IMG/VR virus record: IMGVR_UViG_3300037312_001491
Span: 24,096 to 88,095 of that record
Strand: one strand, 5' to 3'
Origin: a virus
Lineage: Duplodnaviria > Caudoviricetes
Length of the DNA: 64,000 bases
Made by a program: the position numbers and the translations under genes. Under the pieces are notes generated by a model that worked only from the letters and a program-made list of their open reading frames with translations, was not told the origin of the DNA and searched no databases. Of the stretch, positions 14,215-22,957 are shown piece after piece (position 1 is the first letter of the stretch; each line of letters opens with the position of its first letter).

Positions 14215-16205
14215 GCAATAAGCGTTTCACCTGGACCGACGGCGACTTCGAGGTCGTCGAGTCGGGCGACCGCACCGACGACTTCAACCCCGACGAGCCT
14301 CGCGCGGCGGATGGGAAATGGGGCGAGGGCGGCGCCGGCGCCGCACAGAAGACTCCGGCCGCCGGCAAGGCCGGTCCGAAGGGTGAGGCTAAGGAGGCCG
14401 CGGAGTCCAAGGACAAGCCGAAGGCCGAAGACAAGCCGGCCGCGGAGGTGAAGGCGACCACCGCGCACACCGGCGCGTCGTTCGAGGACTGGCACAAGGT
14501 CAACCCGAACGGCAACGGTGAGGTGTTCTCGGACGCGCGCAAGGCGCTCGCGACCGAGACCGTCGGCCAGAACGCGTGGTTCAACTTCTCGAAGGCGAAC
14601 GAGGGCAAGCCGGTCAGCCAGCGCAGCTTCGCCGATCAGAAGGCGTTCCTGCTCGACCCCAAGCTGTACCAGCCGCTCATCGACCGTGCGACGAAGCACG
14701 ACGCCGCGGACGACGAGGACACGGACCTCTACTTCACGTGCCCGTGCCACCGCCGAGCGGCGGCCGCCCGCGCTGACTACGATGAGAGCGAGCCGCGCGA
14801 CGAGAACGGCAAGTGGAGTGGTGGCGGTGGCGGCAGCGCGGCCGCCCCCCACGCACACGGGGGCGAGCACGGCGCACCGCACGGCGGCGCCAAGGAGCTG
14901 GCTGAGAAGGCGAACGCCGGCGGCGGCTTCACCTACGACCCGCACCACGGCAAGTACCCGACGGAAGGCTACGCGGTCTCGATCCACCCGGGCCACGAAG
15001 AGGTCATCCGCTCGAAGGAGCTTTCGCCGGAGGCCGTGAAGGGTTACCTTGACCGGCACGGAGACTACATCCAGAAGCACCCCGGTGCTCACGTCGGCGG
15101 TTGGTATGACGCCGAGGCGGGCAAATGGTACCTGGACGTCAGCCACATCACGCACGACCCACACGAGGCGGAATCCCTCGCGAAGCAGCACAACCAGGAA
15201 GCGTACTACGACCTCGGCAAGCACGAGACCGTCTACGTCAAGTCTGGAAAGGAACGACGACTCGATGAGCGACAAGCCCAAGACACCGCCCGCCGGCGCA
15301 CGAAAGATCTTCTTCGACCCCGCCAAGATGTCCCCCGAGGAGATCGCGGAGGCGATGAAGAAGCACGAGGAGCAGGAGCACGCGCGCCGGGGAATCCCCC
15401 GGAAGCCCGAGTAGACTACTCCCCCGACGAGCCGCGCGCGGCCGATGGGAAGTGGGGCGATGGCGGTGGCGGTGGCCGCGCGGCCGCGTCGTCGCACGTC
15501 GAGCACGCCAAGACCTCGTCGGTCCGCTCGCGCGAGCACGCCGGGAAGGCCGAGACGGAGGCCGACCGCGCGAAGGCGTCGAAGGGCAAGGCGCAGGCCA
15601 AGCACGTCGAGGCGGCGCACGACCACGCCCGCGAGGCCGAGCGTCACGCCCGCGAGGCGAGCGCCGCGGCTGACCGCGCGAAGGAGGCCGGCGGCGAGGA
15701 CTCGCCGTCCGCCAAGGAGGCGTCCAAGCACGCCGTCGAGGCGACCTCCAACGCGAAGGCAGCCCGCACGCAGGCGTCCGGTGCACAGAAGGCCGCGTCG
15801 TCTGGCGGGCAGGCCGGTGCCGCGCGCGCCGCCGCCGACAAGGCGACGAAGGTGGCGGAGAATCTCCACGCCGCCGCGGTTGAGCACCCGACGAAGGCCG
15901 GGCCGACCGCCGAGGAGGCGGACAAACACGCCAAGGCCGCACGCGACCACGCCCGCGCAGCCGCCGGCGCAAAGACGCCCGAGGACGCCGCACAGCACAC
16001 GGCGAAAGCACACGAGCACGCCGCCGCGGCGGAAGAGGCGGCCGCCAAGCTGACCCGCGAGGCCGCGAAGCACGCGCAGCATGAAGGCCACGGCAAGCAC
16101 GCCGAACACGGCGGCCATGGCAAGCACGAGCGCGCCGAGCACAACCACAAGCACGTCGCCGAGAGTTGGCAGGCCCTGCTCAAGATGCTCATGGGTGCCG
16201 GATGA
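14211..16205 (+). CDS. multi-module head-associated protein with three tag repeats
   Basis: 664 aa; three R-x-D..PR...GKW repeats separate distinct modules; Ala/His-rich C-terminus. Confidence 0.7.
   Translation: MSNKRFTWTDGDFEVVESGDRTDDFNPDEPRAADGKWGEGGAGAAQKTPAAGKAGPKGEAKEAAESKDKPKAEDKPAAEVKATTAHTGASFEDWHKVNPNGNGEVFSDARKALATETVGQNAWFNFSKANEGKPVSQRSFADQKAFLLDPKLYQPLIDRATKHDAADDEDTDLYFTCPCHRRAAAARADYDESEPRDENGKWSGGGGGSAAAPHAHGGEHGAPHGGAKELAEKANAGGGFTYDPHHGKYPTEGYAVSIHPGHEEVIRSKELSPEAVKGYLDRHGDYIQKHPGAHVGGWYDAEAGKWYLDVSHITHDPHEAESLAKQHNQEAYYDLGKHETVYVKSGKERRLDERQAQDTARRRTKDLLRPRQDVPRGDRGGDEEARGAGARAPGNPPEARVDYSPDEPRAADGKWGDGGGGGRAAASSHVEHAKTSSVRSREHAGKAETEADRAKASKGKAQAKHVEAAHDHAREAERHAREASAAADRAKEAGGEDSPSAKEASKHAVEATSNAKAARTQASGAQKAASSGGQAGAARAAADKATKVAENLHAAAVEHPTKAGPTAEEADKHAKAARDHARAAAGAKTPEDAAQHTAKAHEHAAAAEEAAAKLTREAAKHAQHEGHGKHAEHGGHGKHERAEHNHKHVAESWQALLKMLMGAG
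15265..15414 (+). CDS. nested out-of-frame small ORF (49 aa)
   Basis: MSDKPKTPPAGARKIFFDPAKMSPEEIAEAM...; G/C-ending codons in this frame while the host frame has many A/T-ending codons; AGGAA upstream. Confidence 0.55.
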   Translation: MSDKPKTPPAGARKIFFDPAKMSPEEIAEAMKKHEEQEHARRGIPRKPE

Positions 16206-17569
16206 GCTGCTGTCGCCTCGACCGCGGGGCGCTGCCGAAGCCGAAGCGGCCGCGTACCCTGCCCATCCAGGTCCCGCCGACAGCGATCGAGGCCCAGTAC
16301 GCCAAGGCGCTCGTCCGGTACGTCATCGGCGCGATGCGCTGGGCGTACGCGCCGCTGCTGCGCGAGGCCCCCAAGCTCGTCAAGGCGCGCGCGGCCGCGC
16401 GGCACGACTCCGCCGACGAGTGCACTACGACGATGTTCGCCGGGCTACCGATCGTAATCGAGAACCCGGCCGGCTCGTTCCGGTACTGGGTCGACACGAC
16501 CGGGCGCGCCGGCACGACGGTGATGCGGTACCCGTACGGCTACGTCCGCGGCGTGCGTGGCGCCGACGGTGACGAGGTCGACGTGTTTATCGGTCCAGAC
16601 GAAGCGGCGCAGTGGGTGTACATCGTGCACCAGCGGTTCGCGCCGAAGTTCGTCGACTTCGACGAGGACAAGGTGATGCTCGGGTTCCCGAGCGCCGACG
16701 CCGCGCGCGCGGCGTACCTCGCGCACTACGACGACCCCCGCTACTTCGGGGGGATGACCCAGGTCCAGCGCGAGGCGTTCGAGCGCGCGGTCGCGGCCGC
16801 TCGCGGCGGCAAGATCACCCACGTCGACTCGCTGACGGCCGTCGCTCGCTACGACTCCCCGGAGTCGCGTCGGGTGCAGAAGCTCATCCGCGAGGCCGCA
16901 CGCCGGCTCCGGCTCAAGCTCAACAAGCGCGAGATCGCGCGGCTGGCGAAAAAGTTCGCCGAGCAGACGAGCACGTACCAGCGCGTGCAGCTCCACCGCC
17001 AGGTCCACGCGGCCCTGGGCATCGCGGCGCCGCTCGCCGCCGAGTACACGCAGAGTCGCATCGCCGACTTCGTTCGCGAGAACGTCGCGCTCATCTCGCG
17101 GATTCCACAGGAGCACCACGGCGAAATCGAGACGATGGTCCACCGTGCGGTCACCAGCGGCCAGCTCACCGACGATCTCGCCGACGACCTGGAGGACGAG
17201 TTCGCGCTCTCCGAACGCCACGCGCGTTTCATCGCTCGTGATCAGATCGGCAAGCTCCAGGCCGACCTCAACCACGCGCGCCAGCGTGACCTCGGCGTCA
17301 AAAAGTTTGTGTGGCGGACGATGCGCGACGAGCGCGTCCGCGGCACGCCCGGCGGCCTGTACCCCAACGCGCAGCCCAGCCACTTCGACCTCGATGGCCA
17401 GGAGTTCTCCTACGACGACCCTCCGCAGCCACCTGGTGCCCAGGGGCCGCTTCTACCCGGGGATGACTACAACTGCCGCTGCTACGCCGAACCAGTTTTT
17501 GATGAGCTGGTGGAGGACCTGCGCGTGGCCGAAGTCGATCCGGACGAAGCGTCGATGGAAGCGGAATAG
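16202..17569 (+). CDS. MuF/SPP1 gp7-like minor head protein with inserted inorganic-pyrophosphatase-like domain
   Basis: ARFIARDQIGKL, KKFVWRTMRDERVR, H..LDG..F, PGDDYNCRC (MuF); insert IENPAGS.R..YPYGY..GADGDEVDVFIG..DEDKVMLGF at ~16400-16855. Confidence 0.85.
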   Translation: MSCCRLDRGALPKPKRPRTLPIQVPPTAIEAQYAKALVRYVIGAMRWAYAPLLREAPKLVKARAAARHDSADECTTTMFAGLPIVIENPAGSFRYWVDTTGRAGTTVMRYPYGYVRGVRGADGDEVDVFIGPDEAAQWVYIVHQRFAPKFVDFDEDKVMLGFPSADAARAAYLAHYDDPRYFGGMTQVQREAFERAVAAARGGKITHVDSLTAVARYDSPESRRVQKLIREAARRLRLKLNKREIARLAKKFAEQTSTYQRVQLHRQVHAALGIAAPLAAEYTQSRIADFVRENVALISRIPQEHHGEIETMVHRAVTSGQLTDDLADDLEDEFALSERHARFIARDQIGKLQADLNHARQRDLGVKKFVWRTMRDERVRGTPGGLYPNAQPSHFDLDGQEFSYDDPPQPPGAQGPLLPGDDYNCRCYAEPVFDELVEDLRVAEVDPDEASMEAE

Positions 17570-17623
17570 CTCCAGAACTTACGCGAGCATGGCGCGATCC
17601 GGAGGGGGTGCCATCCTGACAGG

Positions 17624-17875
17624 ATGAAGTCGCCCCGCCAGTTCACCCCGGTCCGTCCACGCACCGGTGGGCTCACCCATGCGACGACCCTGGACGCCCC
17701 CAGGAAGACCGCCTGCAACCGCCCCTGCGACGGCTGGGTGGTAGTGTCCGGCCGGCTCCAGGGACGTCGGGTGGTGTCACCGGTGCTGACCTGCGAAGAC
17801 TGCAAGGATGCCATCCTCGGCATCGGCGCCGAGGCCGGCGTGCACGCGGCATGCGGAAAGAGGAGGCGCTCGTGA
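17624..17875 (+). CDS. hypothetical Cys-containing protein
   Basis: ORF track; C..PC, CEDC, HAAC. Confidence 0.5.
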   Translation: MKSPRQFTPVRPRTGGLTHATTLDAPRKTACNRPCDGWVVVSGRLQGRRVVSPVLTCEDCKDAILGIGAEAGVHAACGKRRRS

Positions 17876-18132
17876 CCGCCGAGGCGTTCCTCCTGGGCAT
17901 CGTCGTATTCGTCGCGGCCGCGCTGTACGACGCCATCTTCGCGGCGTACGTGCGGTTCGCCGCAGGCGGCCAGGCAACGAAGGCGGCGCTGACCTCCGTC
18001 ATGACCTACGTCGTAGGCGCCGTGGGACTTTTGGCGCTCGTCAAAGTGTCGATCTGGTACAGCCTCCCTGAGGCCGCCGGGCTGTACACCGGCACGCTCG
18101 CTGGGGTATGGGCCGGAAGGGACAAGGATTGA
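17872..18132 (+). CDS. small multi-pass membrane protein (86 aa)
   Basis: GAGGAGG RBS, GTG 17872, about three hydrophobic segments. Confidence 0.65.
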   Translation: MTAEAFLLGIVVFVAAALYDAIFAAYVRFAAGGQATKAALTSVMTYVVGAVGLLALVKVSIWYSLPEAAGLYTGTLAGVWAGRDKD

Positions 18133-18341
18133 TGCTGCTCGGACTGCTCCTCGCTGCCGTCGTTGGATTCGAGGTCGCCAGGACTGGACCAGCATTCGAG
18201 GAGCGGCGACGCGCAAGACTGGAACGGCAGCTCGCCCCGGCAAAAGTCATGTACTTACCGAGCGCTGTAGGGCGCGGGCTCGGCCAAGCCGGCGGCCGGT
18301 GCACGTCTCCCACATGCGCCATCTGCCACGGCCGTTCCTGA
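18132..18341 (+). CDS. hypothetical protein with N-terminal hydrophobic segment
   Basis: TGATG coupling; C-terminal CTSPTCAICH. Confidence 0.45.
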   Translation: MLLGLLLAAVVGFEVARTGPAFEERRRARLERQLAPAKVMYLPSAVGRGLGQAGGRCTSPTCAICHGRS

Positions 18342-18343
18342 AC

Positions 18344-18359
18344 TGGCACGATTCTTGCG
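18344..18359 (+). promoter_or_regulatory. sigma54-like -24/-12 promoter
   Basis: TGGCACGATTCTTGCG, near-consensus; 33 nt upstream of an ATG with GGGGAG RBS. Confidence 0.7.
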
Positions 18360-18392
18360 CTGAGCCCATCCCCCTGTCATCATGGGGGAGTA

Positions 18393-20120
18393 ATGGCGAC
18401 CCATCGCCGGCTCGACCTCGGAGAACTGCGGCCCATGACCCGCCGCGGGGACGGGACCGTCCGCGTCCAGGCGCACCTCACGCGCTGTGGCGTGTTTCCA
18501 TACCTCCAGCCCGACGGCACCATTCGCCGCGAGCTGCGCCCCCGCGACGAGGTGATGGATCCGGAGTCCCTGGCGTCGTTCGCCGGCGTGCCTGTCACCA
18601 ACGACCACCCGCCCGAGATGGTCGACTCGAAGAACGCCCGCAAGTACGCGGTCGGCTCGCTCCAGGGGACGCCGATTCCCGACGACGACCACGTCCGCGG
18701 CGATCTCTCCGTCTACGACGGCGAGACCATCGGCCAGATGGACAGCGGCTCGCGGCGCCAGGTTAGCCTGGGCTACACCTGTGACCTCGAAGAGACGCCA
18801 GGCGTCGATCCGGTCTACGGCCCCTACGATGCCATCCAGCGGAACATCCGCGGCAACCACGTCGCCCTGGTGACGACGGCCCGCGCCGGTGGCACGGCAC
18901 GCGTCCGCCTCGACGCTGCGGAGCAGCTTGATGGCACGGTTCTTGCGCTCTGCACGAACTGTGCCAAGATGCATTTCATGGCGACCAACGCCGCGCACGC
19001 CGACGCAAGCGAGACCGACAAGCCGCAGGGTGGCAAGCCCGAGGCTGGTGACCCGGACACGGGTGACGAGGCTTCGCGCAACGCCGCCGGCGCGAACGAC
19101 GCGCAGGCCGGCGATAAGGCCAAGAAGCCGCCGGCGACCGCCGACGACACCGACACGAAGGTCGAGCGCGACAGCGCCGACGACGACGAGGAAGACGACA
19201 CCCCCACCGATGGCGGCGATGACGACGACACCTCGGACGACGACGACGATGAAGGCGACGACTCGGACGACGACACCGACGCCGGTGACGACGACGAGGA
19301 AGACCGCGACGATGACGGCGAGCAGCTGTCGGACGAGGACCGCCACAAGATGGCGACCAGCTCGTTCGCGGTGCCAGACCGAGAAGGTCTGCCCATCCAC
19401 GACCCCGATCACACGCGGGCCGCGATGGCGCGCTTCAACCAGTACAAGTTCAAGTCGCCCGAAGAGAAGCACGCAGCGTTCAACCGGATCACCCGGCGCG
19501 CGTCGCACTTCGGCATCGACAGCAAGGGTTTCGAGGAGGCGCATCGCGACCGCCTCGACCGCGAGGACGACGAGATGAAGAAGATCGCCCAGCTCCAGAC
19601 TAAGCTCGACGCGGCCGAGAAGAAGCTCGCAACGGCCGAAGGCCAGGTCGCCAGCCTCACCAAGGACCTCGAAGCCGCGAAGAAGACGACCGAGTCGGCC
19701 CGCAAGGACGCCGCCGATCGCTTCGACGCGATGGTCGCCGAGCGCGTCGCGCTCCTGACCGAGGCCGCCGCGACTGGCGCGAAGGTCGACGCGAAGATGT
19801 CGTCGATCGAGATCAAGCGCACCGTCGTCAAGCACGTCGACGGCGAGGACATCCCGGCCGAGAAGCCGGAGCCGTACGTCGACGCGTACTACGAGGGCGC
19901 TCTCAAGCGCGCTCGCAGGGACGCCGAGGACACGAAGAAGGGCGCAGACGCCCTCGCCGCCGCGCGCGCCACCGCCGCGGGTGCGACGCAGCCGGTCCCG
20001 CAGCCGGTCCCGCACAACGACGCCGACGACACCGATGAGCAGGCGGCCTACGCCCGCGCGAACGCCCGCAACGCCGAGGCGTGGACCCACTCGTGGGGCC
20101 GCACTCAGGAGAACAAGTAA
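18393..20120 (+). CDS. DUF2213 prohead protease/scaffold with acidic linker and DUF6582-like insert
   Basis: LTRCGVFPY, RPRDEV..PESLASF.G.PVTNDHP, QVSLGYTCDL, IQRNIRGNHVALV..ARAG; insert FAVP.R..LPIHD..H.RAAMARFNQ; coiled-coil scaffold tail. Confidence 0.85.
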   Translation: MATHRRLDLGELRPMTRRGDGTVRVQAHLTRCGVFPYLQPDGTIRRELRPRDEVMDPESLASFAGVPVTNDHPPEMVDSKNARKYAVGSLQGTPIPDDDHVRGDLSVYDGETIGQMDSGSRRQVSLGYTCDLEETPGVDPVYGPYDAIQRNIRGNHVALVTTARAGGTARVRLDAAEQLDGTVLALCTNCAKMHFMATNAAHADASETDKPQGGKPEAGDPDTGDEASRNAAGANDAQAGDKAKKPPATADDTDTKVERDSADDDEEDDTPTDGGDDDDTSDDDDDEGDDSDDDTDAGDDDEEDRDDDGEQLSDEDRHKMATSSFAVPDREGLPIHDPDHTRAAMARFNQYKFKSPEEKHAAFNRITRRASHFGIDSKGFEEAHRDRLDREDDEMKKIAQLQTKLDAAEKKLATAEGQVASLTKDLEAAKKTTESARKDAADRFDAMVAERVALLTEAAATGAKVDAKMSSIEIKRTVVKHVDGEDIPAEKPEPYVDAYYEGALKRARRDAEDTKKGADALAAARATAAGATQPVPQPVPHNDADDTDEQAAYARANARNAEAWTHSWGRTQENK

Positions 20121-20121
20121 C

Positions 20122-20649
20122 ATGCCCGTCCAGACCTCCGTCTCCGTCGCCCCCGCCATCGCCTTCGCCGGCCAGCTCGCCGACGACGCCGAGAACGATG
20201 CGATCACGCTCCTGAACGCCGAGGCGTCGGCCTCGATGCCGTTCGGCTCGATCGTCGCGTTCAAGACCGCAGCGCCCGTCAGCGAGAAGGACGCGATCCT
20301 GCCCGCCGCTTCAACCGCGAAGATCGCCGGCATCATCATCCACCGTCACAACTACGCCAAGGCGTTCCCGATGAACGGCGTGACGGTCGGTGAGCTGGAT
20401 GACACCGGCCTCCTGGTCGGCATCCCGTTCAGCTGCCTCCGCAGCGGTCGCATCTTCGTCATCTGCGAGGACGGCTGCAACCCGGGCGACCCGCTGTTCG
20501 TTCGCTACGCCGGCGGCACGCTCGGCGCGGCGCGCTCGACGGACGCCGGCAGCTCGACGTGCACCGACCTCACGAACCGCGGCACCTGGCTCTCGAAGGC
20601 CAGCGCCGGCGGCATCGCGAAGCTCGAAGTCGACTTCCGCAACAAGTAA
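20122..20649 (+). CDS. capsid decoration/cement protein
   Basis: Between scaffold and capsid; MPVQTSV...AFAGQLAD; glycine-rich beta pattern. Confidence 0.65.
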   Translation: MPVQTSVSVAPAIAFAGQLADDAENDAITLLNAEASASMPFGSIVAFKTAAPVSEKDAILPAASTAKIAGIIIHRHNYAKAFPMNGVTVGELDDTGLLVGIPFSCLRSGRIFVICEDGCNPGDPLFVRYAGGTLGAARSTDAGSSTCTDLTNRGTWLSKASAGGIAKLEVDFRNK

Positions 20650-20675
20650 CCCCCTCCTGAGGAGCTGAGCACGCC

Positions 20676-21074
20676 ATGAGCGTCACACGCCGTGAGAACA
20701 AGACCCTCCAGGAGAGGGATCGGGTCGAGGCGACCATCGTCGCCGCGGTCGCCGCCACCTCCAGCATCGCGCTGGGCACGATGGACCGCGACTACGTCGT
20801 CGACTCGTTCGAGGTCGAAGCCCCCGGCGGCTACACCGCCGATGACGCCAACCGGTACACCATCACGCTCCAAGCGGGCGCGACGGTGCTGGCGACGCTC
20901 GACCTCACCACCGCAACCGGCAGCCTCGTGGACCTCGTGTTCAAGGCCGCCACGCTCGCCGCGACGCACTACGGCTCGGCCGGGGACACCCTCAAGGCCG
21001 TCCTCACCAAGAACGGCACGGCCGCCAACATCCCCGCCGGTACTCGCCTCGTGGCGAAGTGCCACCTGCTCTAA
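20676..21074 (+). CDS. virion-associated hypothetical protein (132 aa)
   Basis: RBS GAGGAG; position in the head module. Confidence 0.6.
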   Translation: MSVTRRENKTLQERDRVEATIVAAVAATSSIALGTMDRDYVVDSFEVEAPGGYTADDANRYTITLQAGATVLATLDLTTATGSLVDLVFKAATLAATHYGSAGDTLKAVLTKNGTAANIPAGTRLVAKCHLL

Positions 21075-21088
21075 GAGAGGCCACGATC

Positions 21089-22165
21089 ATGTCCTTCAAC
21101 GTCACCGCCCGTTTCTCCCAGGAGCGTCTCGACAAGATGCTCGCCCAGTCGCGTGGGTATGACCCCCGCGCGCCGCGTGCTGCCCGCATCGACAGCCTGA
21201 GTGACAACCAGCGCCACCTGCTCGAAGGCATCTTCCACCGTGACGCCTCGGAGAGCATCTGGTTCGCGCGCCAGCTGGAGTACATCCGCCCCGGCCTGCT
21301 CGACGTCCTCTACCCGGCGCTCAACGGCCGGTCGCTCGTGCCGATCGAGTCGTCGATGGGTCCGGGTGCGTCGATGTGGACCTACCGCTCGTTCGACAAG
21401 GTCGGTAGCGCCGCCCTCGTCGACGACTACGCGATGGACCCGCCGCGCGCCGACGTGAAGGGCCGCGAGGACACGCAGGTCATCAAGCCGTACGGCGTCA
21501 TGTACGGCTACAACTTCCAGGAGCTTCGCGCCGGCATGATGGCGCAGCTGCCCCTGGACACGCGCAAGGCGATGGCCGCGCGCTACGCCATGGAGAGGAA
21601 GATCGACGAGATCATCTTCTACGGCGACACGGCCGGCGGCCTCAAGGGCCTCCTGAACCAGGCGAACACGACCACGTTCAACGTGGCGAACGGCGCCAAG
21701 GGCACCACGTTCTGGAAGGACAAGAGCCCGGACGAGATCGTGCGTGACATGCACGACTTCGTGAACAACGTCGTGTCGACGAGCCTGGGCGTGTACCAGC
21801 CGACGACCCTGGTGCTGCCGCTCCGCGCGCATCAGATCGCGTCGACGACCCGCATGGGCGACGGCTCGAACGAGACGGTCCTCTCGTTCTTCCAGAAGAC
21901 GAACCCGTACATCCAGGAGGTCATCGCCTCCTACCGCCTCAACTACTCGCAGCGCGCGAACTGGGGTGGCTCGTCGGGTCGCATGATGTGCTACGAGAAG
22001 TCGCCGGACCGGCTGGTCATGATCCTGCCGGTCGAGTTCGAGCAGCTCCCCCCGCAGCAGGAAGGCTACGAGTACAAGACGCTCTGCCACATGCGCACGG
22101 GCGGCGTCGTCTCGCTGCACCCGCAGGCGATCTCGTACGGCGACGGCATCACCAACAGCGACTAA
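21089..22165 (+). CDS. major capsid protein (DUF2184-like HK97 fold)
   Basis: FARQLEYI, YGYNFQELRA, ERKIDEIIFYGD...KGLLN, PVEFEQLPPQ, RTGGV...P..I.Y.DGI. Confidence 0.85.
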   Translation: MSFNVTARFSQERLDKMLAQSRGYDPRAPRAARIDSLSDNQRHLLEGIFHRDASESIWFARQLEYIRPGLLDVLYPALNGRSLVPIESSMGPGASMWTYRSFDKVGSAALVDDYAMDPPRADVKGREDTQVIKPYGVMYGYNFQELRAGMMAQLPLDTRKAMAARYAMERKIDEIIFYGDTAGGLKGLLNQANTTTFNVANGAKGTTFWKDKSPDEIVRDMHDFVNNVVSTSLGVYQPTTLVLPLRAHQIASTTRMGDGSNETVLSFFQKTNPYIQEVIASYRLNYSQRANWGGSSGRMMCYEKSPDRLVMILPVEFEQLPPQQEGYEYKTLCHMRTGGVVSLHPQAISYGDGITNSD

Positions 22166-22201
22166 CGTCGCGTAGGGGCGCCTTCCAGGGACATCCCCCG
22201 T

Positions 22202-22240
22202 GGCCCCGCCACCTCCAGGTGCGCGGGGCCTTTCGCTTTT
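22202..22240 (+). terminator. intrinsic terminator after capsid gene
   Basis: GGCCCCGC-CACCT-CC-AGGTG-C-GCGGGGCC hairpin followed by TTTCGCTTTT. Confidence 0.75.
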
Positions 22241-22253
22241 CTAGGAGCCAATC

Positions 22254-22559
22254 GTGTCCGACCTCATCCCCATGACCGCACTCGCCGACGAAGTCGCCGC
22301 AGGCGCCGGCTCCCTCCAGTTCGCCACCCTGGCGATGGACATCACCGGCTCGCGCGGGCAGCACCTGTACCGTTACTGCGCCAACGTCGCCACCTGGATT
22401 GCCCAAGGGGCCAACCCGACGGCCACCGCCGGTGCCGGTTCGATGTACGTGCCGGCAGGATCGCCGGTCCTCCTCGACGGCTTCGACGGCGCAAAGCTCG
22501 CGGTCATCGAAGACGGCTCGGCTGGTAAGGCCAACCTGGTGCCCGTTCTGAGGGTCTAG
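22254..22559 (+). CDS. hypothetical virion protein (101 aa)
   Basis: AGGAG RBS, GTG start. Confidence 0.6.
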   Translation: MSDLIPMTALADEVAAGAGSLQFATLAMDITGSRGQHLYRYCANVATWIAQGANPTATAGAGSMYVPAGSPVLLDGFDGAKLAVIEDGSAGKANLVPVLRV

Positions 22560-22561
22560 CC

Positions 22562-22957
22562 GTGGCCGCCATCACCTGGACCGACGTCACCAACGTGGCG
22601 CCCGAGCTGTCGACCATCGCGTCGACGGTGCAGACCGCACTGCTCCTGTTGGTCAACGACTACCTCGATCCGGACACGTGGGGTGGCGAGGACTCGCAGA
22701 AGCTCCTCAGCGGCCGCGCCTACCTCGCTGCGCACCTCGCGACGCTCGGCAAGCGCAAGGGCGTCAACGGCCAGCTCACCGCGGAGGCCGGAGGCGGACT
22801 CAGCCGTTCGTACGGGATGCTGACCAACCCGACGATGTACTCGATGACGACGTACGGCGAAATCTTCGCGATGCTCGCCAAGACGACCGTGGCGCGTGTC
22901 GGGTTCTCGCTCGCCGCTGGCGCGCAGGTCCCGAGCGACCCTGGCTGGGACGGCTAA
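22562..22957 (+). CDS. head-tail adaptor (DUF4054-like)
   Basis: APEL, YLAAHL, S.SYG, T.YG..F pattern and position. Confidence 0.7.
   Translation: MAAITWTDVTNVAPELSTIASTVQTALLLLVNDYLDPDTWGGEDSQKLLSGRAYLAAHLATLGKRKGVNGQLTAEAGGGLSRSYGMLTNPTMYSMTTYGEIFAMLAKTTVARVGFSLAAGAQVPSDPGWDG

Noticed and set aside
19050-19320. GAC-rich run in the protease gene
   Set aside because: Encodes an acidic Asp-rich linker typical of scaffold regions.
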